Notes: generated by a model from the letters alone, not told the origin. A stretch of 64,000 nt of DNA from Fistulifera solaris (GCA_030295235.1 AP026147.1:186001-250000); one strand, 5' to 3'; numbered from the stretch's first letter, positions 23,985 through 37,179 are shown. Numbers and translations are program-made.

Positions 23985-24848
23985 CTATTGTTTTACCTGA
24001 AACAATGCTTTCATTTTGTCAGATCCATCCTGCATGGCACACGACCGGGGTGTATCCCCATCCACATCGGGTTGATCGGGATCGGCGCCATACTGCAGTA
24101 GCAAGGCAACCATATCGCGTTTCGCGGCAATGACGGCCGTCTGTAACACGGAAATCCCATCCCGATCGGCACTATTGGGATTTCCACCCGCTTCCAACAA
24201 CAATTTCATGCATTCGATGGCCCCTTGTCGGCGGCCATGTGCAAGGCCGTTTGCTGATGATCATCGGTTGCATTGGGGTTGACGCCTTCTTCTTGTAACA
24301 AAAATTTGACGAGGGCGACATCGCGTTTCGCCGTCGCATTGAGCAATTGCGACGCGTCCGATGCAACTTCTTTGGCGGCATCGTAACCACCGTGTTCGAC
24401 GGCTGGAAGACTGACCGTCGGTGCCCCAAATCCGTCATAGTCTTTCACTTTGACTCCAGTCTCTTGTTCGAGTTCGTTCACGGCCGTCGTATAATGCGTC
24501 GCCGCTTGTTCTCTCGTCATGGAAGCAACTTTTCGCCAAGCATCCCATTTCGCTTGTTCGACAACAACATTCCAGGATTTGGTTTGAAAGTGTGGAGGAG
24601 CATCACCGACCGTCGCTTGTTTGTAGAGAGCATAGAGGATCAATTTGTCGCCATTGTTTAATTGCAGTGTATGAACACGCTGGGTGGCGTGACGAAAATC
24701 GTCCCACACGGGGCCGGGCGGTAAATTCACTGGCTGCTCCGAGGAGCGACGACGACGACGATACCAGGAAACAGTCGTTGTCACAACGATGGCGGTGGTG
24801 ACGGCGGCGACCGCCCACCACAGTGGGTCATCTTTTTGGCTTTTGCAT
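23985..24848 (-). CDS. TM-anchored acyl-CoA-binding protein with ankyrin repeats (plant class II ACBP/ACBD6-like); frameshifts at about 24833-24837 and 24221-24224
   Basis: Corrected N-terminus MQKPKDDPLWWAVAAVTTAIVV; LYALYKQATVGD, AKWDAW; ankyrin TALHMAA and GADPD. Confidence 0.85.
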
Positions 24849-25222
24849 AATATCGATTCATTCTTCTATGTTGATTGTCAGGGAATGCAATGAAACGACG
24901 CTGATCTTTTAACACTGGCAAAAATAATTATGTCGCACCAAATAATATAGCACGGCGGCTTTCCGGGACTGACAGAATTGGAGTCACGTTCTCCTCTAGA
25001 AGCCTATCTCTAGAGGGAACCCAACGAAAGCTATAGCAAACCTATCATGGAATGTTGCCTTTTCAAGTATTGTTTCAATTAATGAAAAGAATGTCTTGAA
25101 AGCGACAGTCCAATTCGAATAATACGTCAACGAGTTCAAAGAAACGAAAAGTCCGACAGAAATCAACCATTGGAAGTCAACCTTGTCAATGAACTTTTTC
25201 AACCATAATTATTAATGTGATG

Positions 25223-28200
25223 CTACTGCTTCATAACGCGTGGACGGATCGTAGGACCCGACCAGTGACTCAACGACGACAATTCGTCCAAACACATGTC
25301 CAACAGTGCCTGCTGTGACCCGTGCGACGACACGAAGGCTTCCGACCGTAGGATCGCGGGGAAATCCTCCAAAATGACACACGCGGCCACCCACCGCAAG
25401 GCTTCCATGCACGGCAATGGTTTTCGTTGGACCGCATCCCCCACAATCATTTCCACGTCCAGAATGTAATGGTGACTCACGATGTGCTGGGCCAAGACCA
25501 GTGCATCCAATGCCAGTTCGGAACGTAGGGCCAACAAAGAACCGTTCCCGCCAACTGTGCAAACCATACAATCGTTCTGGGATTGCCGCAACAAGCAACA
25601 CGATGGACAAAAGCACTCCTGGAAAGAATCCAGTAACAAACGGAGCTCGCATTCTTGGAGTAATGTCAGACAAAGGAACTCTTCTCCAATGAGAAGGAGT
25701 TCCAGCAACGTTTCATGGTGGATCCTCGGGAGTGAACCGTGGTACATGTGGTAAAGTAAAAGAGAAAGGAACTCGCTACCGAGCGAAACGGTGATCTCAA
25801 CAGGGTGGAGTTTCTCATTTTCGGACAAGCTCATCTGAGAAAAGCGAACCGCGGCAGCAAGCTTTTCGCTTTTTTCGCAAATAATGCGAGAATGGGCTGC
25901 AAAGCGATGATCGTCTTGCGAAATAAGAACAAAGTCGGCGGCTGGTAAATTGCATGCAATGTTATTGCTCGCCTCTGCTTGAATCCAAGCGCATGTAGAA
26001 TCGCGCTGCCAATCCGAATACCACGATTGCTGCACCATTACGCGACTCCAGAACGACATCTCTTCCGATCCCGATTTGCGTACCGATTCCCTTGGGAAAG
26101 GATGACAGTACGTGGCTCGATAACGCAAGTCCATCGGAACGGAATCGACAAGTGAACTGTCGTCCAGAAATTTCAATGACTTTTCTTTCAAGCACGCTTG
26201 TAAAAGTCGTAAACCCACCACGCCGAGTTTCGCCCCGCTGTTATAAAGCGCCAGTACGGAAGATGTCGCATACGAAACTTCCTCCTGTGACTCCGAAGCA
26301 TGCACGACCAGTGCAGTGATTAAGGAAGCTCTCAAAGCAACGTTTCGTTCCAACCTTTCTTTGGATTCGATACCAGCGAAAAACGACTCGGGTTGTTTGG
26401 CGAGGACAGGATCCGTTCGGCGCTTCGAATTGAGTCTGGAAAGAAAGGAATCGTAGGATTTCAAGAGAACATCAATGGCGTCGGCATCTTTCCATTCTGA
26501 CGCCAAAACCAGCGCACATCGTCCCAATCCACTCGTCGACGAAGGCCAACCGATGTGTTCGTTCACCCACGAGGGTAATGGTTGTTCTATGAAATTACAA
26601 GGATTGGCCCCCGCTTCCACCAAAACCCTCAAGATTGTCAACAATGTACGACCGGTGGCTGAGGATCGATGCTGCTGTCGCATCAAGATGGCTACTTGAA
26701 GTGCACCGGTGAGATCATAACCAGACCCACCGGAGTCACTGAATTCTAAAAGAAGCAAGACCATATCGAGATTGTGTGCTTTGACCGCCCACGCCAGAGA
26801 GCATGGCGGAGAATTAACGACGTCCATCTTTTGGGAATCAAGTTTTGGTGATTATTTCCACGCCACATGAGCAGAGACATGACGCAGTCCGAGGAGCCGC
26901 TGGCCACCGCCGCCAATAAAGGTGTTTGCCCGTTACTATCTTGCATCGACAGGACTTTGGAGAGCAGTGCAAAGCTTCCACACAGTGAGGATGTGGAAGA
27001 CAGCAGAATGTCCAGAAACTCTGCCTTGTTTTGCTCACAAACGACGTGAAGTGCGTTTTGACCTGCATGGTTGACTGACGAAAGAAGTTTCACCAAACCG
27101 GCCGCATTGGGGACTGCGACCAACAGACGCAAGACGGAACTCGACACCGATCGTTTACAGCAAGCGTGCAACACACTGTTTCCTTCCGAATCTCTGGTGT
27201 TAACAAAATACGACCCTGTCCCGAATGACGAATGCAATATGATTTGAAGTATTTCTTCATAATCGCGTTCCACGGCGACGAACAGAGCTGGGGGGAAGCG
27301 CGGGTTATCTTGGAGGAACGTTGTACCTTTCCGAGCCGCCGATACAAGGATCCGAACGATGTTGGGTCTTTCCAAATTAACCGCCAGTTGAAGAGGTGAC
27401 TGATTCTGATGAAAAATGCTCTCCTGATCAGCTGGAACATATGATGTTTTTATGAGTATACGAAGTGCGTCTTCGTCATTCTGTCGAACAGCCTCCGCAA
27501 TCGGATCATCCATCTTCATATAAGGCAAGTCCAGAGGCTCTTCGTCTGTATAAATTATGTTTAGCGATGTGTACACCGGAACGTCAGGGGGTTCTGGAAG
27601 GATGACATTTGGGAGCTCACTCTTTTCCGGATCTTTTTCCGTCGTTTCTGGAGGCGGCTTGTTTTTCACCACTTGCCACCATCGGTTCCGAAGTTTCTCA
27701 ATATCCAGTTTCTTCGTGTGAAGTCGAGTTGGTGCAAATGCCAAAGGTTCCTCCTCGGTAGAATTACAATCTGCTTCTTTCTCAGGATCCACATTGGGTT
27801 CCTGACTCTGTTTCGTTTTCCGCAACAGAGTTAGCCGCGATAAGGATAATGAGTCATCGTCATTATCATCGATGAATGCTTCTTCGGACGATGGAGGTTC
27901 CAAAGCATTTAAAAACACCAACGCAGGCTTGTCATCCCACACGGAAAGACCCTGCTGTGGAGCCAAGCTTGACAAAAGTGCAGGGAATGCACTGTCATGA
28001 AATATTGGTTCGTCTTTCGATTCATTCTCCGTGTAATTCGCTGAATCTAGACAGGATGGCGTCTTTACTCGTGTCTGCTTTGAGCGATGTCGTCGTCGTC
28101 GTTGTTTGATGGGATTCCCATTCGGCTGTCCAGTTTGCCTTCGAGCTTTTGTCGATTGTGTCTGTAATTGCTGATCATTTTTCTTCGATCGTCGCGAACG

Positions 28201-28284
28201 AACGGGTGTTGTGTTGGTTGTTGTGTTGGGTGATGCGGACTGAGGAACAAACGATGGAGCGTCAGCTCGCAATTGCGTTATCAT
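25223..28284 (-). CDS. PAM2-motif, ankyrin-repeat and BTB/POZ domain protein; frameshift at 26829-26832
   Basis: N-terminal LRADAPSFVP; repeated ankyrin motifs (SPLQLAV, SVLHACC, NALHVVC, TPLLAAV); BTB ADFVLI..FAAHSRII..LLYHMYHG. Confidence 0.8.
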
Positions 28285-28557
28285 GGGAATCTACTGCTCC
28301 ATCATCGGAAGATTGTCATTGTCTCTCTCCGCTCCCTTTCTTCGACTTTTTGCTATTATTCTATTGCTTCTTTAGACTATGACCGAAGTGAATAAATGCA
28401 ATGAAACAACAAAAACGACGCGAAAAGACAAACAAAAGAAAACGTAGGACGGACAGACGTAGCCGCTAGAAGCACCACCACACGAACGTAAATCTAATCC
28501 ATGCACGTCTAGAACCGACCTTTAAAGTAAATGTTATCTAGGTTACATCATAGTAGT

Positions 28558-29593
28558 CTATATGAGAATGCTTCCGCTTTCATCGCTACAATAGGTTCTT
28601 TGATGAGCCTGCAAGGCTTGCAGGCAAAGGCGATTCTTGCGGACACTGCTGTGCCTTTTGGCACCTCCCGCATCCAAGACGGAGACACGAATGGCGGCCA
28701 AGTCGCGTGCGAGCTGATCCCCGCAACCATACAAGAATACAATGGCTCCTTCCCCGTAGAGATCGACGTAGCGGCGACATTTGTCCAAAATAGCACCCAC
28801 CGCGCTTTTTCCATCGTGTTCAATAGTGGATGCGCCATAGAACATTTTGACTTCAATCCCTTTGTTTAATCGGAGAAATTTACTTGAGAACCTCAGTCCA
28901 TAGTATTCCGTTGACTTCTGTTAACCACTTACAATGTATACACCTTTCTTCCAATACATGTTGCGTTTTCCTTTGAGTTGGATGATTCGGAGAATTCTCC
29001 TTGTATTTCCGCAACAAGACGGGCTGTTTCAATAAAAAGTCGGGCGTGGGAGGATACGGCTCATTCGCTTTTCGTTTCGCATTGTGTTTCTTTTGTTCTT
29101 CTTCCGTATAAAAGGATACACGATGTTTTTGCAAAGATTCCTCCACAGCACGTTCGAACAAATCCGCGGATACCCGAATTATATCTTGGTTTCCCAGGTG
29201 CAACTGCTCCATACTGCGATACGGATTCAATTGTTTGATGTGATGGCGTCGCAAGGAAAGGGCTACCAGCAACGGTACTTGGTGTTGATGGCACTTTTTC
29301 TTAATTTGCGGCAATCGAAACGGCGATTGATCTTTCATCATTTTGCGTTCCTTCGCTCCCCAACGCAACAGCAACGGAAGTAATGCCTGTTCGGCTGCTA
29401 CTGGAATGTAAGGATCCGGACTGAACCACAGCAAGATTCGTTCCGGAGATGTTCCTGGAGGTAATATTTCACAACGGAGGCGTGACGGAAATGGGTCCAC
29501 TTTGCTCCGTTTCGCCGACGAGGAAAGGTCCTCCGCTGCTGCCGTCTCTATTTCAACAGTCTCCATTTGTAAGTATCTCTTTCGCGGCGGCAT
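28558..29593 (-). CDS. CDIN1/C15orf41-like TPD-family (PD-(D/E)xK) nuclease (intron 28860-28932)
   Basis: FYTEEEQK, PTPDFLL, spliced IHWIEVKMFYG and YVDLYGEGAIVF. Confidence 0.75.
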
Positions 29594-30004
29594 GTAGAAA
29601 AGGAAAAGGCACGTCAACAACGAGTATTAACAATAAAGCTTCAATGAATTCATTGCTTTGCATCGTCGTCAACACTTTTTTTTATTTCGCGTCCTCGCGG
29701 CCGCGAAACAAATTCGCAGCGGTGTCGGAAAAGCTGATATTTTGTACCAGTGTGTAGTCTAACGGTTCTCCGTTTGAGTTTGTAAAACGTGAAATTACCT
29801 TGTATACAGTTACAGTGCATTGGACGCCACCAAAAAATTGACGCAAAATAACAAAAAAAAATGAAACAAAACATTGACTACTTGTATCTATCCAAGATGA
29901 TGACTATTATTTCTTCTTAACTAATTCTGTGTTTTGTTTGTCGTTCAATGATAGATCTTTTGGGCGATCGAAGAGTGTGATCCCCCACCGCGGTTAGAAC
30001 AAGG

Positions 30005-31255
30005 ATGATGAAGCGACGACTCCGAAGCTTCTGTACTTTGATACCAAAAATACGATGTGTCACGTTTACGGGAACTTTTCTATCGACGAAGCGGATGCTT
30101 TCCTCAGATTCTTGTCATAAAGTCGTCCCCTCTGTTCATATTACATGTCATCCTGGTTTGGAGCCCTTCTTACAGCAAGAAATCCTGACAATCCTGCAGC
30201 GCCCCGAGATGTCACTTCGCGGCAATCGAGTTCATGTCCCAAATATGACACAGACACAATTGTTTGAATGCTGTTTAAGATTGGGATGTGCCACGCAAAT
30301 ATCGGTCCCCTTACTGGACAAGCCGTTACAGTGTCGCGGATTCGCGGAACTCGAACGCAAACTGCAACAATTGCCGTGGAACAACTGGATTTCGAACGAG
30401 AAACTGTCGTTCCAAGTGCAAGTATCGTGTCAAAAAAGCCGCTTGTATCATACGGCAGCCATTGCGGAACGCATTCAGCGAGTTCTTTCGACAGTAGTTT
30501 TTCCTTCTGCTGACGAGGGACCCGTAGTCGCCTTGCAAGCACAACTCCATCGCGATCAATTGCAACTATTTTTAGACGCCCGATCCTTTCCGTTGCATCA
30601 ACGCGGGTACCGATTGGAAACAGGAAAAGCACCTCTACGAGAGGATCTAGCCTACGCGATGCTGTGGAGTGCGGGACTGCATTCGTTCGATGCCGTTTTG
30701 GATCCATTTTGTGGTTCGGGTACATTGGTGTTGGAAGCGGCCGCCATGCTGAACGGATTACCGCCGGGACGGTTGCACGACGCGCCCTTTTACGGAACGT
30801 TTCTGCAAAATGACAAATTGTGGACAACTCTGAAAGAGAAACGATACCCCTGCCGCCCCGTGCGCGTGGCGGGATCGGATCGGGATGCGGGAGTAATTAA
30901 ATCGGCCCAAGCCAACGCGGTCCGTGCAGGTGTAGAGGACTTGGTCACACTCCAACAAGGTGCATTCTCTTCTCATCCGTGGCTTTCATCCGACATACAT
31001 CCACAGAATCTCCTGTGGATTTCCAATTTGCCGTTCGGCAAACGCACTACTACCACGGGACGTTCGGGCCGCGTACCGGCACTGCTTCCCCTGTATCAAA
31101 CACTCGTGCAACACATCCATCAGACGAAATGTACAGCCGTGCTTTTGACAGACAATCGTTCGTTGTTACGTCGATGTGGAATTTTGAACGAAACAGAACT
31201 GTTTCAATTTTTCCATGGAGGGATACCCGTTTCCGTCGTTCGCGTGCATTCCTAG
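30005..31255 (+). CDS. THUMP-domain RNA m2G methyltransferase (RlmL/Trm14-like), probably organellar
   Basis: GLEPFLQQE, SRLYH, LHQRGYR..KAPLREDLA, LDPFCGSGT, GSDRD and SNLPFG. Confidence 0.85.
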   Translation: MMKRRLRSFCTLIPKIRCVTFTGTFLSTKRMLSSDSCHKVVPSVHITCHPGLEPFLQQEILTILQRPEMSLRGNRVHVPNMTQTQLFECCLRLGCATQISVPLLDKPLQCRGFAELERKLQQLPWNNWISNEKLSFQVQVSCQKSRLYHTAAIAERIQRVLSTVVFPSADEGPVVALQAQLHRDQLQLFLDARSFPLHQRGYRLETGKAPLREDLAYAMLWSAGLHSFDAVLDPFCGSGTLVLEAAAMLNGLPPGRLHDAPFYGTFLQNDKLWTTLKEKRYPCRPVRVAGSDRDAGVIKSAQANAVRAGVEDLVTLQQGAFSSHPWLSSDIHPQNLLWISNLPFGKRTTTTGRSGRVPALLPLYQTLVQHIHQTKCTAVLLTDNRSLLRRCGILNETELFQFFHGGIPVSVVRVHS

Positions 31256-31673
31256 GAATGGCTTACCGCCGAGACGTGTCTTGTGCATAGATTGGCCCGA
31301 GGTCAAAGCACGCTTATATCGGAAAACAGACGGGAATACATCTCCTTGGAATAGCAAACCTTTTTTCATGACTGGACACGAGTGGGTCATGAACGAAGTG
31401 TCGATGTGAGTCGACGTTACGTTACTTCCGGCATCAGCGCGTCCATTGTAGGAAGGAACAAAACTTTGAATGTTGTGCTATTAAAAAGCGACTGGCATTT
31501 TCCAAAGTTTCGATGCATACATAAACTAGAGCTAAACTACTTGTTGAAGTGCTATATTTTGAAATAAGACTAACGACGGCCAGACCGCGCTATTTTGCAA
31601 GAAATGACAAATGCCGACGACCATGATGATGATGTTTAACAATTAGAAGCAGACGAACTAGTTACTGATCACC

Positions 31674-33572
31674 ATGGTGAAATCAAATGCCTTACGGAAT
31701 CGTGTGGTTCTTCAGGAAAGCCCACGACGGACTACCGCGACGGACCGAAAAATACTTCATCCGTCTCGGCAATCGAAAGGGTCGACGACCCCCAATGATA
31801 TGATTTTGTATTTGGCGATCGCGCTTGTCTTGATGGTGATTGCTGCGTGTTTGATTATGTACATTCATTTGATTCAATTCTGTTACTTATCGTCACCGGA
31901 AACGTCAGCACAAGTGCCACAAACAACGACGACGACACTGTATCCTCCACCATTTCCAGAAATCACACGGACGCGTGTCGACCTTTCTCCACAAGCTTTA
32001 GAGATGTGCACACGTACCTTGTGGCATACCGTAGAAACGACCACGATTGTTTTACCCAATGAAGAAACGTTCATTCATACGGGTGATATTGATGATTTAT
32101 GGTTACGAGTACGTAAAAAGTCGATGCATTTGCCTTTTACTTCTCTTATGTAACATGTAACTCACAGTTCGACAGGACAGTGCGGCCCAGATACACCCTC
32201 TTCTCGTTCCTTTTTCAATGGCACGGCACTCATTCAACAGGACCCGCGATTGGACCGTATCGTTTCGGGTTTGATCTTACGAACGGCGATGTACATTCGT
32301 CACGATCCGTACGCCAATGCCTTTCGCATCGATGATACGTACGTCTTTAGTGCGGCACAAAAAGCCATGGGACGGCATGACTTGATTTCGACGTGGAATT
32401 ATGAACTTGATTCGGCGTGTTATTATATGCGCATGCTGTATTTTTATTGGAAACAAGCGCCATCTCCGGAACGTGTGTTACAACGACCGGCCGTGGAACA
32501 AGCCGTGGAGATTATGGTAGATCTATGGATTGCCGAACAACGACATGAAGAGGATGCTTATCCTACCGGAGATCTGTTTGATTGTGTGAATTGCAATAAA
32601 CCGTATCGTTATCCAGGGTTGCCACGCGAAGGCAAAGGGGCGCCCACCAATGCATCGTCGGGACTCATTTGGACGGGTACGTGTTTTTCTTTTCTCAGAA
32701 AGATCAAGCGATGCGATTTGGACCAATCTCTTACACTCCTTTCTCGTCTAGGTTTTCGCCCGAGCGATGACGAATGCGAATTCAATTACTTAATACCAGC
32801 GAATATGTTTGCCGTCGTGGCTTTGGAGTACATGGCAGAAATGGCCGATGATTTGTGGAACAACGATGTACTGGCGAAAAGGGCACGGAAACTGGCAGCC
32901 GAAGTCCAACGTGGAATTGAGGAACACGCCGTGATCCATCATCCAAATCACGGAAAGATCTATGCCTATGAAGTCGATGGTCTGGGCGGTGCCAATCTCA
33001 TGGACGATGCCAATATTCCAAGTCTTTTGAGCATCCCATACCTTGGCTATTTACATTACGATCCACAAATATACCAGAATACCCGCAGCTTTGTTCTTTC
33101 ACCAGACAATCCCACCTACAACGTAGGAACATTTCAGGGGCGTAAGGTCGAAGGTGTGGGTAGTCCGCACATGAAAGCACGTATTCGCAAAAATGTTTGG
33201 CCCATGTCCATCGCAATGCAAGGCCTGACAAGTTCTGATGTAGCGGAAAAGGTGCGACTCATCGAAACACTTGTCGCTACTACCGGAGGAACCGGTTGGA
33301 TGCACGAATCCATCGATCCCAATCGACCACAACAATTCACACGATCATGGTTCTGTTGGTACGTATAGTTTTTCGCAACTTAACGACGTGCGTGCGTTCG
33401 GTCACAGTCTCACGTGTGTGGCGGTTTGTGCCAATCGTAGGAGTGATAGTCTTTTGCTGAACTCGTTTTGTCACTGACCGACCAGTGCCCGGACCCCTCC
33501 CACAAATACAAAGTGCTCGAATGGAGGGACCCCGTAACGGTTCAAGGTGGTCGATTTTCTGCAGGTAGATAA
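31674..33572 (+). CDS. GH125 exo-alpha-1,6-mannosidase-like, type II membrane (introns 32109-32175, 32677-32751, 33359-33440; frameshifts at 32211-32215 and 33452-33455)
   Basis: Spliced TGDIDDLWLRDSAAQ, DPYANAF, YELDS, GFRPSDD, MDDANIPSLL and FTRSWFCW; N-terminal TM helix. Confidence 0.88.
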
Positions 33573-33591
33573 CAAAAAATTGTGCTGAATA

Positions 33592-35745
33592 TTATTGCGT
33601 TTCGAACGTCTCCAGCAACGGATTTATTTTGAGGCGATCAAGAAAGCTTTTTAAACGAACAGCTCCCATCGAAGGCCAGAACCTGAACACTTCCTCCTGT
33701 CGTCGGTTTAGTACGCGGATGAATGACGAAAATGGGTTCAACAAAGACGTTTTCTCCGTCGATACCTCGAATTCAACATCTTTCAGAGCAAACAGTTGCG
33801 TTCTTGTACCGCCTATGATTGGAATGCGCCGTGTAGAAAACAAGATAAATTGACTCGTCACAGTGCATGATCCAGTTCCGGTCGTCCCCGGCAAAAAGCT
33901 CCAAGTGACCAAAGGTACTTGTCGAACTTTAGCAACAGCTTCAAAATCGTTCGCGGCAAGTATAGCTTTCACTGTGGCTTCCGCTTCAATATCATCAATC
34001 ATGGCCTTTTCATGCGATTGCATCGCTGCCAGTCGGTCCATGACTTGGCGGTTCTTTCGATCCAACCTCGCCGTCTGCTCTTCGTCATCCTGCATTTGCA
34101 ATGCATTGAACACCAGATTGACGGCGTTGTCCGCCTTGATCATACTGCTTTCACCCTCCGATTCTTCTTTGGTCCACGTTTGTATTTGACTCAAAGCAGA
34201 TTGTACAGATAATCCCCACGGTGGACACGCAACATGGGGAGGCGTAAAGTCGAGTGAATAATCATTCAGCGACACCGGTTGTGGTAAAGGTGTCTCGGGG
34301 ATCCCGTACATTTGAAATGTCGGTTTTAACAAGGCGATCATATTCGCACAAGCATATTCAGCTTCTCGGGCAAATTCTTCCAACTCTCCGGCGCCCTTCA
34401 ACAACTGCTGAATCAATCGATCGCGCGACAACCGTCGTAATTGACCGCAATACTGGACATCCAAGGTCGGCAATGCCGGAAAGGCTCCGAATGGTGAATG
34501 CTCCAGGGAAGAGTAAAGTAGATCGCGGGTATCCAGTTCGTCCCAGATCGTTTCAATGAGCTGCCACGAACTTTGTATTACCTGATAATCCTGTGCATTC
34601 AGTGCTGGCAACGTGGAGAACCCCTCTTTTACCGAAGGACATGCAATGTAATTCTCCAAAAGATGCGCCGAAACAGCCTGTTGCATGGATTGCTTCGTCA
34701 ATGGATTGGATGACAAGCGTATCGGTTTGCGACTGGATTGAGGTGTCTCAATGCGCTGAATCAGAGCTGCGCATTCACGTAAATGCAGACTGGGTGCATC
34801 TTTGGTCGACACTAATGTACTTGGATCTTCTTCATCGACGTCGTCATTCAAGAAAAGCCCATTTTCAATCAAATATTGAATATCCACCAGTTCGTCCTGT
34901 TCCGATTTTCTCGATGAGGTCAAAGAATCCGTACTCTCTTCATGATGATTGCTGTTATAAAACAGACGCAACAACAGTTGCCGCTCCAACGTGGATTGTT
35001 CCGTCACGAGTTGTAAATCCACGTCATACTGCTGCGACCACGTCGCTTGCATATGTCCTCCTTGTCGTTTGTCAATTTCGGCATTTTGTTTTCCCAAGGC
35101 GTGATGCAGGGCTTCCATGACGGTCCCGCACAACACATCGGGACGGATGCGGATTGTGACCGTGCGAATCGGCAACGTCGTGACATGACTTGTATCCAAG
35201 TTGGTGGACGGTTGCAATCCTACCACTGTTTGTTTTAGGGTATCTTCCGACGGCGCCACGACCCATTCTTGGACGACCGGAATCCGGCACGACGTGTTCG
35301 ACAAATGATTTGTCATGTTGACTCGATACAAGTGATTCCTTGGTTGGTGTGCCGTCGCGGACAATTGCAACACCGTCATGTGATCTTCTTGTCGATAGCG
35401 AGTCGCCTTGAGAGTCGTGGGACTGGCTGTCTCGCCATTCGTCGTATAAAACGACGAAGGACTGTGAGGAGTACTGTCTGTTTTCTGCCATTCTTCTTCG
35501 TCGGAGATCGGTAGATCCTCTTCCCAGTGAACTTGATCCAATTCTCTGCGCAACAAATCTTCCGCATGTTGTAAATCTTGCATTTCTTGATCCATATCAT
35601 CATCTTCTTCCGCCATATGAGAAGTGGAAGGGATCGAATGCAACGTGTGGGTCAAGAGCGCCTCGGCTTGTTCCAACGACGGTGCCAATCGTGCCGCCAA
35701 GGCTCGGACGGCGTCTTCGTCTTCCTCGTCAGCTTCACTTGTCAT
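33592..35745 (-). CDS. Hypothetical protein, acidic N-terminus, possible C-terminal PH/GRAM-like domain
   Basis: 717 aa uninterrupted ORF; the C-terminal beta-rich segment GSCTVTSQFILF..IRV..VFRF followed by a helix resembles a PH fold. Confidence 0.65.
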   Translation of the reverse strand: MTSEADEEDEDAVRALAARLAPSLEQAEALLTHTLHSIPSTSHMAEEDDDMDQEMQDLQHAEDLLRRELDQVHWEEDLPISDEEEWQKTDSTPHSPSSFYTTNGETASPTTLKATRYRQEDHMTVLQLSATAHQPRNHLYRVNMTNHLSNTSCRIPVVQEWVVAPSEDTLKQTVVGLQPSTNLDTSHVTTLPIRTVTIRIRPDVLCGTVMEALHHALGKQNAEIDKRQGGHMQATWSQQYDVDLQLVTEQSTLERQLLLRLFYNSNHHEESTDSLTSSRKSEQDELVDIQYLIENGLFLNDDVDEEDPSTLVSTKDAPSLHLRECAALIQRIETPQSSRKPIRLSSNPLTKQSMQQAVSAHLLENYIACPSVKEGFSTLPALNAQDYQVIQSSWQLIETIWDELDTRDLLYSSLEHSPFGAFPALPTLDVQYCGQLRRLSRDRLIQQLLKGAGELEEFAREAEYACANMIALLKPTFQMYGIPETPLPQPVSLNDYSLDFTPPHVACPPWGLSVQSALSQIQTWTKEESEGESSMIKADNAVNLVFNALQMQDDEEQTARLDRKNRQVMDRLAAMQSHEKAMIDDIEAEATVKAILAANDFEAVAKVRQVPLVTWSFLPGTTGTGSCTVTSQFILFSTRRIPIIGGTRTQLFALKDVEFEVSTEKTSLLNPFSSFIRVLNRRQEEVFRFWPSMGAVRLKSFLDRLKINPLLETFETQ

Positions 35746-36099
35746 AATGGACCGGCTTGGTTCGAGATCCTATATCTGTGTTATATAAAAGGAATGAAAG
35801 AATCAATGGCGTCGTGTTTGAGAACTCAACGGAACATTCGGTGCGTGTCATCATGGTGAGAAATTTTTTCTTCCAGTTCGAGTACCGTTCGGCTAGGCGG
35901 TATGGTCAATAAATGTAGAGAAGGCTAGAATTAGAGTGTAGTATCCGTGATTTTCGGGTACATTCAAATAGACAGTCTCCAGTACCGGTCGCGTCCGCCG
36001 TCGCAGTGCGTGTTTTTGCGTTCGTTTTTGTTTTCTCGTCGCACGATGTGAGGATGCCATTATTTGTTTTTTTCTAAACACACAACCGCTATCGTCGCC

Positions 36100-37179
36100 A
36101 TGTTCAGTTTAGCCTCCGGAGTCTATCAGACTTACATGGCACCCCAACAAGTCAATGTCTTGTTGGTGGGTGCTTCCAGTGTCGGTAAAACCACTTTACT
36201 GGAGCGCATCAAAGTCACGCAATTCCAGAAACAAGGCGTCGTCGTTCTCGACGACGACGATTCGCCCTTTTACAAGAACTGTATCAAGCAGAAGCCGAAG
36301 AAGAAGAAGAATTGCAGGAATCGTCATCATCCTTGGCGTCTCCGTTGCCGACTTCCTTGCCGGGTCGAATTGTAAGTCGACGACGGGTGGTCGAGCCTCG
36401 CAGTGACGAGTCAACCACCACTACAACTACAACGCCAACGCCACGCCCCAAGAAAGGTTTGTGGGTATGTCCGTCTCCACCGAAGTATCAGAATACCGTC
36501 ACGGACGATGAAGAAGATGAAGTGCTGTTGCCCGACCAGCAATCGTTAGAGACCATTGATATTCGCAACAGTGCAACAACAACAACAAAAACAACCACCG
36601 TATCTCCTCCATCTTCCTTATCACCACCACAACAACAATACGACTTGAAACCCAACCTTCGCATGTTGCCCTTTTCAAAGATTCGACCGACGATTGGCAT
36701 GAATTTAGGACAATTCAAGAATATTTATGGAGCAAAGTGTCACGTTTGGGATGTCGGAGGACGCTTGCACGATTTGTGGGAACGCTATTATGAAGATTGT
36801 GATGCCGTCCTGTTTGTGTACAAATGGGAAGAAGAAGATGTCGAAACAAATAATAATCAAAATAAGAATGAGGACGACGACGATCGACCCCGACCGCCGA
36901 CCCGACAAGAACAAAAAGTTTTGTTGCAAACCGTCCGACAAAACATTCCCGAAGACGTGCCTTTTTTGATCTTTTTTGCATTCGTGGCAAAGTCCGGCGT
37001 ACGAACGCTATACCAACAGCATTTACCGGTCGACGGAACCGTTACTGCCGACCTTGCCCAACCAAGCCCTGTGTGTCGGCAATGCCGGGACGGGACAAGG
37101 GGTCCGTGCCGCCATGGAATGGCTCTTGCCTTTGGCGAAGCAACAACAGCGAGTGCGGGACAAGTTGTCGGCCGAGTAA
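36100..37179 (+). CDS. ARFRP1/Arl3p-like small GTPase with a large low-complexity insert; frameshifts at 36268-36271 and about 36972-36977
   Basis: MFSLASGVY N-terminus, GASSVGKTT, PTIGMN, WDVGG, LWERYY and GQGVRAAMEWL. Confidence 0.75.

Noticed and set aside
24826..24848. In-frame TGA as selenocysteine or readthrough (also at 60453 and 5859)
   Set aside because: The downstream coding sequence is in another frame; one-base homopolymer corrections restore the proteins, and no SECIS was recognised.
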